Source: a virus. Taken from it: DNA of 40,467 nt. Positions 33,742-40,467 of this stretch are shown in pieces. A program made the position numbers and the translations under genes. Location of the stretch: UHGV virus genome UHGV-0212168; one strand, written 5' to 3'. The notes below the pieces were generated by a model. It had not been told where the DNA came from. It made no database searches and worked only from the letters and a program-made list of their open reading frames with translations. How positions within the stretch are numbered: position 1 is the first letter of the stretch; every line of letters starts with the position of its first letter.

Positions 33742-36159
33742 ATGCAAGTCTCCAGCATTGCGGATTACAGGATGGCAGTTAAACACGACGGGACAATCAC
33801 CCTGGCAACAGGGCGGAGCCGCATGGAAAAGAACTGGAAGAATAAGAGCTATTCCTGGTCCCAGCTATTGAAACGTCTGGAAACACCCGTCAGGACCCAT
33901 GAGACACTGGCGGAATACATGAAGATGCCAAAGGATGAACAGGACCGTATCAAGGACGTGGGTGGGTTTGTTGGAGGGGCTCTGAAAGGCGGGAGACGTA
34001 AGGCAGATACGGTAGATAGTCGGCAGCTGATTACATTGGATGCAGATTACGCCCCAGCGGGCCTCATGGAGGATATAGCACTTTTAGCTTATTATGCCTA
34101 TGCCATGTACACTACTCATAAGCACAGTCCGGAAAAACCGCGTCTGAGGTTCGTGATTCCAATGGACCGTCCGGTCACAGCGGATGAATACGAGGCCATA
34201 GCCAGGAAACTGGCTGAAGAGATAGGAATTGATTATTTCGATGATACAACATACCAGCCTTCCCGGCTGATGTACTGGCCATCCGCGGCGGCAGATGGGG
34301 AATATTTGTTCCATTATGAGGACCTGCCATGGTTGTCTGCAGATAACATCCTGAGACGTTACCCTGACTGGACGGATACCAGTTACTGGCCAGAGAGCAG
34401 CCGGGCAAAGGAATCCAGGGTTAAACAAGCTAAGAAGCAGGGTGACCCAACGGAAAAGGCGGGACTGATTGGTGCATTCTGCCGAACTTATGACGTGGAG
34501 GATGCCATTGCAGCCTTTCTGCCGGAGGTATACGTCAAATGTGACCTGCCAGAAAGATATACCTATGCTGAGGGCTCCACAGCCTCTGGGCTTGTTATAT
34601 ACAAGGACGGAAGGTTTGCATATAGTAACCATTCAACGGACCCGGCCTGTGGGAAGCTCTGTAATGCGTTTGACCTGGTTCGTATCCATAAGTACGGAAT
34701 ACAGGATGAAGATGCGGCGCCGGGGACTCCTACGACGAAACTGCCATCCTACAAGGCAATGATGGAACTGGTGCAAAGGGATAAGGAGACAACCCTGACA
34801 GTCGCCAGGGAACGTGCGGAGCTGGCCAGGGAGGACTTCGCTGACACATGCGATACGGAAGAGGATGATTCCTGGAAAAGCCGACTGTCAAAGGACAAGA
34901 AGGGACTGGAACCCAGCTTAAACAATCTGCTGCTCATCATGCGGCATGACCAGGGGTTGAAAGGCATTCGTTTCAACCAGATGGCGGATAACCTGGAAAT
35001 CAAGGGTCCCGTTCCATGGAAAAGTCCTTCCCGTTTCTGGCGGGATGCGGATGACGCACAATTGGAGGCATATTTAAGCATGACGTACACGGAATTTCCA
35101 AAAGCAAAGATACTGACAGCAATCACAAAGGCAGCCGATGACCGGAGTTACCACCCTGTAAGAGAGTATCTGGACAGCCTTCCTGAGTGGGATGGCATAC
35201 CGCGTGTGGACACGCTTCTGATTGATTACCTTGGCGCGGATGATACGGAATATGTACGGTCCGTCACCAGAAAGACCCTGTGTGCGGCGGTGCACCGGGT
35301 GAGATATCCCGGGTGTAAATTCGATACGGTGCTGGTACTCTGCGGGCCGCAGGGAATCGGAAAAAGCACACTGATATCCCGTCTGGGAGGACAGTGGTTC
35401 TCTGATTCCCTCAACCTGGCCGATACCAGGGATAAGACAGCAGCAGAAAAGCTGCAGGGATACTGGATTATAGAAATAGGCGAGATGGCCGGGATTGGAA
35501 GCGCAGGCGTGAAAACCTTAAGAGGATTCATAACCACGCAGGACGACCGTTACAGGGCCTCCTATGGGCGGCGTGTGAGTTCCCATCCGCGGCAGTGCAT
35601 TCTGATTGGAACTACCAACTCAGAGGAAGGTTACCTGAATGACGTGGAAGGCGGTAGGAGGTTTTGGCCCGTGAGGGTGCCCTGCATCGGCGCGAAGCGT
35701 GTCTGGGATATGACACAGGAGGAAGTAAGCCAGATATGGGCGGAGGTGCTGTATCATGTGGCGCAGGGTGAGAAGCTGATACTGTCGGGCGGCGCTGCGG
35801 AGGAAGCGGTGAAACAGCAGAAAGAAGCCATGATGACAGATCCGCGTGAGGAGAAGGTGCGGATGTATCTTGATACACTTCTTCCAGAAGACTGGTACAG
35901 CCGGGACCTGGATAAACGCCGGGACTTCCTATATGGGACCGAGTGCCCGGAACCGGAGGCGGTCCTGCGAAGGGACTTTGTCAGCTGTCAGGAGATATGG
36001 TGCGAGTGCTTCGGGAACAGCCTTAAGAACATGGAACCCAAGGATACCTATACAATTAAAAAGATTTTAGCTAAGTTACCAAACTGGGAATCGTCAGGAG
36101 ACAGGATAAATACAGGGGCTGAATACGGGAGACAGAGAGGGTATAAAAGGACAATTTAG
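33742..36159 (+). CDS. Primase-helicase (prim-pol N-terminus, VirE/P4-type with PriCT and P-loop NTPase)
   Basis: The Walker A motif is VLVLCGPQGIGKST. A PriCT-like segment (DGRFAYSNHSTDPACGKLCNAFDLVRIHKY) is present. The protein is 805 aa. An AAAGGAGGG RBS precedes the start. Confidence 0.8.
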   Translation: MQVSSIADYRMAVKHDGTITLATGRSRMEKNWKNKSYSWSQLLKRLETPVRTHETLAEYMKMPKDEQDRIKDVGGFVGGALKGGRRKADTVDSRQLITLDADYAPAGLMEDIALLAYYAYAMYTTHKHSPEKPRLRFVIPMDRPVTADEYEAIARKLAEEIGIDYFDDTTYQPSRLMYWPSAAADGEYLFHYEDLPWLSADNILRRYPDWTDTSYWPESSRAKESRVKQAKKQGDPTEKAGLIGAFCRTYDVEDAIAAFLPEVYVKCDLPERYTYAEGSTASGLVIYKDGRFAYSNHSTDPACGKLCNAFDLVRIHKYGIQDEDAAPGTPTTKLPSYKAMMELVQRDKETTLTVARERAELAREDFADTCDTEEDDSWKSRLSKDKKGLEPSLNNLLLIMRHDQGLKGIRFNQMADNLEIKGPVPWKSPSRFWRDADDAQLEAYLSMTYTEFPKAKILTAITKAADDRSYHPVREYLDSLPEWDGIPRVDTLLIDYLGADDTEYVRSVTRKTLCAAVHRVRYPGCKFDTVLVLCGPQGIGKSTLISRLGGQWFSDSLNLADTRDKTAAEKLQGYWIIEIGEMAGIGSAGVKTLRGFITTQDDRYRASYGRRVSSHPRQCILIGTTNSEEGYLNDVEGGRRFWPVRVPCIGAKRVWDMTQEEVSQIWAEVLYHVAQGEKLILSGGAAEEAVKQQKEAMMTDPREEKVRMYLDTLLPEDWYSRDLDKRRDFLYGTECPEPEAVLRRDFVSCQEIWCECFGNSLKNMEPKDTYTIKKILAKLPNWESSGDRINTGAEYGRQRGYKRTI

Positions 36160-36169
36160 CGTTGAAATC

Positions 36170-36440
36170 CCTTGGACAACCTTGGACAACCCCCCTGGAC
36201 AACCTCAAGAATCGGGACAACCTCGGTGAAGGCAAGGTGGACAACTGGACAACCTTATTTTGAAGTTGTCCCGGAGGTTGTCCAGCTTGAAAGCCTTGTA
36301 AATACAGGAAAAAACAGCAATTTGGGACAACTGGACAACTTTTCTCTATAGAGCTGTTAAATTAAAGAATAAAGAGTAATTACACGCGAAACCGCGTTTA
36401 CACACGTCATACGCGTGCGAGATGTCCAGTTGTCCAGGAA
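36170..36440. repeat. Iteron cluster (GGACAAC x8 direct, x3 inverted) with an adjacent AT-rich stretch: candidate replication origin
   Basis: GGACAAC occurs at 36174, 36184, 36197, 36215, 36239, 36247, 36325 and 36333. GTTGTCC occurs at 36265, 36277 and 36429. An AT-rich tract lies at 36345-36380. The cluster is immediately downstream of the primase-helicase gene. Confidence 0.65.
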
Positions 36441-36454
36441 GGAGCGAGATAGAA

Positions 36455-36769
36455 ATGCTGGAAAAGGACATAGAAGATTGGCTGAATAAACAGATTGAGA
36501 AGATGGGAGGCCTGGCATTCAAGTTTGTGTCTCCCGGAAACCCAGGCGTGCCAGACCGCATTTATATCCTGCCAAATGGAAGGGTGTGGTTCGTGGAACT
36601 GAAGCAGCAGATGGGCCGTGTAGCCAAAATCCAGAAGTGGCAAAGAGAGCGCCTTATCAGCCTGGGGTGCAACTACCGGCTGGTGAAAGGGATGGACGAT
36701 GCGAGAACCTATGTAGGAGAAATGAAGAATGCAGTACATACCGCACGAATACCAGAAATATGCAACTGA
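36455..36769 (+). CDS. VRR-NUC domain nuclease
   Basis: GVPDRIYILPNGRVWFVELKQ is a PD-(D/E)XK signature of the VRR-NUC family. A GGAAGGAG RBS precedes the start. Confidence 0.75.
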   Translation: MLEKDIEDWLNKQIEKMGGLAFKFVSPGNPGVPDRIYILPNGRVWFVELKQQMGRVAKIQKWQRERLISLGCNYRLVKGMDDARTYVGEMKNAVHTARIPEICN

Positions 36770-38099
36770 AAAAATCATAGAGCTGCCGGCATGTGCACTC
36801 TTTATGGAGATGGGACTTGGTAAGACAGTGAGCACTCTGACGGCTATTAACGAACTGATATATGACCGGTTTGAGGTACAGAAAGTTTTGGTGATAGCAC
36901 CTTACAGGGTGGCGGATGACACATGGACCACGGAGGCCGATAAGTGGGACCACCTGAAGCACCTAAGGGTGTCAAAGGTCCTTGGAACATCCGGTGAAAG
37001 AATAGCAGCACTGGAAGCAGATGCGGACATTTATGTCATAAACCGTGAAAATGTAACTTGGTTAGTGAACCTTACGGGGAAAGAATGGCCGTTCGAGATG
37101 ATTGTGGTGGATGAGCTGTCATCGTTTAAGTCCAACAGTGCGAAGCGGTTCAAGAGCCTGCGTATAGTACGTCCCCTGGCAAGACGGTTTGTGGGGCTGA
37201 CAGGGACACCGGCGCCCAACGGCCTGCTGGACCTGTGGCCCCAGGTGTACCTGATTGACCGGGGGGAGCGGCTGGGAAAGACATACACCGGATATAAAGA
37301 CCGGTATTTTCTTCCGGACAGGAGGAACGGGTTCGTGGTATATTCCTGGACACCAAAGGAAGGTGCTAAGGAGGCCATAGAGCAGAAACTGTCTGACATC
37401 TGCATATCCATGAAGGCTGATGATTATTTAAACTTGCCGGCACAGATTGTCAATGACGTATACGTCAGCATGGACAGGCATGAGATGCGGAAGTACAGGG
37501 AGCTGGAAAAAGAGAAGCTTCTGGAGCTTGATGGTAAGGAAATCACAGCCCTGTCCGCGGCGGCTGTATGGGGGAAACTTCTGCAGCTGGCCAATGGGGC
37601 AGCCTATGACGGTGAAGGGAATGTCATCCCCCTTCATGACAGAAAACTGGATGCACTTGCGGAAATCTTGGAAGCATCCGGAGGCCATCCGGTCCTGGTG
37701 TTCTACAACTTCCGCCATGATTATGACCGGTTGATGGGAAGGTTCAAGGGCTACAATCCCAGGACCCTTAAATCACAACAGGATATCCGCGACTGGAACG
37801 AAGGAAGGATTTCGCTGCTTCTGGCCCAGCCGGCCAGCATGGGGCATGGGCTGAACATACAGGCAGGTGGGCATATCATCGTATGGTTTGGACTGAACCC
37901 CAGCCTGGAGCTGTACCTGCAGGCCAATGCCAGGCTGCATCGTCAGGGGCAGACGGAAGCTGTCATCATACACCGCTTGATAACGAAGGGCACGGTGGAC
38001 GAGGATGTGGTAAAGAAGTTGTGGGTAAAGGACGAGACACAGGATGGCCTTATGGAGTCCCTTAAGGCGAGGATAAGGAGAATAAAGGATGGTAATTAG
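36729..38099 (+). CDS. SNF2-family helicase
   Basis: Motif I is MEMGLGKT and motif II is VVDELSSFK. A C-terminal helicase domain is present (QQDIRDWNEGRISLLLAQPASMGHGLN). The start overlaps the VRR-NUC 3' end. Confidence 0.85.
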   Translation: MQYIPHEYQKYATEKIIELPACALFMEMGLGKTVSTLTAINELIYDRFEVQKVLVIAPYRVADDTWTTEADKWDHLKHLRVSKVLGTSGERIAALEADADIYVINRENVTWLVNLTGKEWPFEMIVVDELSSFKSNSAKRFKSLRIVRPLARRFVGLTGTPAPNGLLDLWPQVYLIDRGERLGKTYTGYKDRYFLPDRRNGFVVYSWTPKEGAKEAIEQKLSDICISMKADDYLNLPAQIVNDVYVSMDRHEMRKYRELEKEKLLELDGKEITALSAAAVWGKLLQLANGAAYDGEGNVIPLHDRKLDALAEILEASGGHPVLVFYNFRHDYDRLMGRFKGYNPRTLKSQQDIRDWNEGRISLLLAQPASMGHGLNIQAGGHIIVWFGLNPSLELYLQANARLHRQGQTEAVIIHRLITKGTVDEDVVKKLWVKDETQDGLMESLKARIRRIKDGN

Positions 38100-38526
38100 A
38101 TTCAACATCCCAAACGGGAGGATGGAGATAAACTTAGAGACTTTCTTCCAGGAGGCCAGAAGGCCACAGATACGTAAAATGCTTAAGTGGGTAAGAGCTT
38201 CCTGGCCGAATGAGGAGAACGCCAGAGAAATCAGGGAATGGCTTACGGACAGACGGCAGGATGAGACGGACCGGGCTAAAGCCTTTGCGAAGAAGTATGT
38301 GGACTGCCGTACGGAGCTGGCAGAACTGCAGGAGATGTATGAGCGGATGCAGAGCCCCTGTTATGCCGTGTACACCAGGGACAAGGAAAAGCTGACCAAT
38401 GCAAAGAAGGATGTAAGCCGCTGCAAGGCAAAGACCGTTCGGTATAAAAGAGAGATGGACGATCACCGGAAGCTGGCCGAACGGTATGAAGGCATACTGA
38501 AGGATGAGGATAAGTTGTTATCATAA
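38089..38526 (+). CDS. Hypothetical protein
   Basis: It is 145 aa and charged-helical. An AAGGAGAATAAAGG RBS precedes the start. It overlaps the SNF2 gene end. Confidence 0.45.
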   Translation: MVIRFNIPNGRMEINLETFFQEARRPQIRKMLKWVRASWPNEENAREIREWLTDRRQDETDRAKAFAKKYVDCRTELAELQEMYERMQSPCYAVYTRDKEKLTNAKKDVSRCKAKTVRYKREMDDHRKLAERYEGILKDEDKLLS

Positions 38527-38546
38527 ATCGTTATTTGGAGGTATAT

Positions 38547-38699
38547 ATGGAGCTTTTGAAAGACCAAAAGATTATGAAAGCGATTATTACGCTTGTTCAG
38601 CATGAAATCACTCCAGAAATGTATGCAAAGCTTTGGAATGCTGAAAAAGAAAAAAGTCAGATAGAGGAATTTTATGAACCAATACACACACAGAATTAG
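38547..38699 (+). CDS. Hypothetical small protein (50 aa) in an AT-rich patch
   Basis: A GGAGG RBS sits 6 nt before the ATG. The translation is MELLKDQKIMKAIITLVQHEITPEMYAKLWNAEKEKSQIEEFYEPIHTQN. It is below the ORF-track cutoff. Confidence 0.3.
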   Translation: MELLKDQKIMKAIITLVQHEITPEMYAKLWNAEKEKSQIEEFYEPIHTQN

Positions 38700-38724
38700 C
38701 ATTTGATAGAGAAGGAGGTACAAG

Positions 38725-39189
38725 ATGGCATATGCTGAAAAAACTACGGTATCCGTGGCACGGACGAAGGCAAATATAGAAGAGCTTGTTCAAACACACG
38801 GAGCAGAACAGTTTGTGAGCGGATACAAAGCTAATATGGCGGTTATCGGATTTACAATGTCCGGGCGGCAGATTCGATTTCTGCTTCCTCTCCCAGACAA
38901 GTCAGCGAAAGAATTTTGGTATACTCCGGGCCGAGGGCAACGCCGGGCGGATGATGCGGCGCATACTGCATGGGAGCAAGCCTGCCGAAGCCGTTGGAGG
39001 GCACTGTATTTAATTGTCAAGGCTAAGCTGGAGGCGGTGGAGGCTGGTATCAGCACGGTGGAGCGGGAGTTTTTGTACGATATTGTATTGCCAGATGGAC
39101 GGACGGCTGGAGAATGGATTGCACCGCAGATTGAGATGTCATACCAGACGGGGCAGATGCCAGCAATGCTGCCGATGTTGGAAAATTAG
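38725..39189 (+). CDS. Hypothetical protein
   Basis: It is 154 aa. A GAAGGAGG RBS precedes the start. Confidence 0.5.
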   Translation: MAYAEKTTVSVARTKANIEELVQTHGAEQFVSGYKANMAVIGFTMSGRQIRFLLPLPDKSAKEFWYTPGRGQRRADDAAHTAWEQACRSRWRALYLIVKAKLEAVEAGISTVEREFLYDIVLPDGRTAGEWIAPQIEMSYQTGQMPAMLPMLEN

Positions 39190-39204
39190 GATTGAGGTGA
39201 CGAA

Positions 39205-39417
39205 ATGAGAAAATTAAGACTGATTAAAGTGGTCGTGCCGGAGATTGTTGCATATTCCATCCAGGGTTCAAAACCCATGAAACCGGAATATGAGTGTTCC
39301 TGCGGAATGGGCGTGGCAGAGGAATATAAATGTTGCCCATACTGCGGAGCGGAGCTGGCGTGGGAGCGGGTCAGGAGGCCATCGAAGGAATTTAGAAAAC
39401 TGTTAGACAAGCTTTAA
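39205..39417 (+). CDS. Small zinc-ribbon protein
   Basis: CSCG...CCPYCG pairs are present in a 70-aa protein. A GAGGTGA RBS precedes the start. Confidence 0.45.
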   Translation: MRKLRLIKVVVPEIVAYSIQGSKPMKPEYECSCGMGVAEEYKCCPYCGAELAWERVRRPSKEFRKLLDKL

Positions 39418-39615
39418 AATTTAAGGGAACAAAAAAAGAGCCTTACGGCTCTGCCCGACGTTTTCACTAGCGGGTGTGGAATTTCAACCACACAAGGGTC
39501 TACTGGCGGCTTTGCGTTCCCTGTTATTTGATTCAATTATAACAGCTTTAAAGCAACTATTCAATAGCAATACTGACATTATTAGCATTTAAAGGTGAAG
39601 CCGGAAAGGATAAAG

Positions 39616-39834
39616 ATGAAAGATAGGAAACGCCCTCTGATTTTTAAAGTTAAATGGAAAGATTTTTATATTTTATGGGTTTGGAAGATTGCTTTAATAT
39701 GGATAACTAAAGCTGAACACACAAATCCGAAAAAACATATCGAGATATGGAATGGAGAATTTGCAAGAGCGTTGGTATTTGGAAGCTATGGAATCGGTGT
39801 AGGCCATGCATTTAAGTTTGATTCACAAAACTGA
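39616..39834 (+). CDS. Hypothetical Trp-rich small protein in an AT-rich segment
   Basis: An AAAGGA RBS precedes the start. The composition is unusual (W/K/I-rich). The call is uncertain. Confidence 0.3.
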   Translation: MKDRKRPLIFKVKWKDFYILWVWKIALIWITKAEHTNPKKHIEIWNGEFARALVFGSYGIGVGHAFKFDSQN

Positions 39835-39860
39835 AATTTGTGCTACGAAGGGAGGTACCC

Positions 39861-40061
39861 GTGAGAAAGAAAGGCAGTAAGCAGTCCAAGGTCAGCCGCA
39901 TCGACCGCAGCAAGGCCCTGGCCGCCCAGGCCGACGAGGCCATCAAGGAGCGCATCCGGACGGCGCCGGCCTACATATACACCAGCCTGTGCCCGGTTCC
40001 GGAGCTGCGGGAGCCACCGAAGGGAGTGATTGTACGTGGCATCAAGACCTGTGTACTATGA
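39861..40061 (+). CDS. Hypothetical basic protein with near-saturated GC3 codons
   Basis: The start is GTG with an AGGGAGG RBS. Positions 39880-40030 are about 65% GC against about 48% in the surrounding sequence. Almost every codon ends in G or C. Confidence 0.3.
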   Translation: MRKKGSKQSKVSRIDRSKALAAQADEAIKERIRTAPAYIYTSLCPVPELREPPKGVIVRGIKTCVL

Positions 40062-40110
40062 CTTGTATGATTGTGGCCAATACGACGGCCGGTACAGAGC
40101 AGCGGAGCTG

Positions 40111-40314
40111 ATGGTAATGCTGGGCATCCGGCACCGGCAGCAGATAGAGCATTACAGTGATGTGGGTATCCTGTACCAAAAGCGATATACCTTTGTGAGG
40201 GTGGAGGATGGGAAGGAGTCAGAACTGGCCGATGAGTGGAACCGGGTGACGCAAGTATTGAAGGGATGCGGGCACGATTTGGGCAGGATACCGATTGTGG
40301 TAAAACGAGTATAG
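40111..40314 (+). CDS. Hypothetical protein with a possible HTH (AELMVMLGIRHRQQIEHYSDVGIL)
   Basis: An alternative TTG at 40030 would extend the N-terminus and overlap the upstream ORF in another frame. It is the last gene before the window end. Confidence 0.35.
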   Translation: MVMLGIRHRQQIEHYSDVGILYQKRYTFVRVEDGKESELADEWNRVTQVLKGCGHDLGRIPIVVKRV

Positions 40315-40467
40315 ATAAAACAAGCCGGGGGATTACCCCGGCAAATAAAAACGAAAGAAAAGAACATATGTGCGTGAAAGAAAATAAGCGGTGGACACCC
40401 GCCAAGATGCTACCACCGCTCTGATATTGCTTGAGTATATTATAGCTTACTCAAGCATGGTGAACAA

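Noticed and set aside
39430-39530. Possible tRNA or tmRNA fragment in the hairpin-rich gap after the zinc-ribbon gene
   Set aside because: No T-loop GTTCGA/GTTCAA box, acceptor stem or CCA context is present. The hairpins agagcc-ttac-ggctct and gtgtgg-aatttcaa-ccacac do not assemble into a cloverleaf.
1-40467. CRISPR arrays or other long tandem repeats
   Set aside because: No spaced direct repeats of 24-40 bp are evident. The only dense repeats are the 7-mer iterons at 36170-36440 and the operator half-sites at 28126-28293.

Overview
The window is an almost complete temperate siphovirus genome of roughly 40.5 kb at about 50% GC. It is probably a Clostridia-infecting phage or prophage: its endolysin carries CW_binding_1-type cell-wall-binding repeats and it has an ImmA/ImmR immunity pair. 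The layout is circularly permuted relative to the window ends. It runs: a tyrosine recombinase (int1) and a sigma-like late regulator; an orphan HEPN protein; terS, terL, portal, an SPP1 gp7-like head morphogenesis protein, a phage-encoded Prp-like protease, scaffold and major capsid; four connector proteins, major tail protein, chaperones and tape measure; Dit, Tal and fibres; a tandem DUF2829 (Tad2-like) moron; the XkdW/XkdX/XhlA/holin/endolysin lysis cassette; an AT-rich accessory island of small regulator and unknown genes with consensus promoters and operators; an attP-like region; the canonical integrase int2; ImmA, the CI-like repressor, an operator array, Cro and an Xis-like gene; then a replication module (PC4-like, DUF2800 nuclease, DUF2815 SSB-like, PolA, VirE-type primase-helicase, an iteron origin, VRR-NUC, SNF2 helicase) and small late-region genes. 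I found no tRNA, rRNA or CRISPR array. The most notable observations are the tandem DUF2829 anti-defence candidate, an orphan HEPN gene just before terS, an unknown two-gene accessory operon under a consensus sigma70 promoter with an embedded operator, a low-GC secreted cell-wall-binding protein inside the tail module, a second recombinase next to the packaging genes, Prp-type LQLFE motifs on scaffold, capsid and tape measure, a dense GGACAAC iteron origin, attP arm-type repeat pairs, and a GC3-saturated ORF near the window end.
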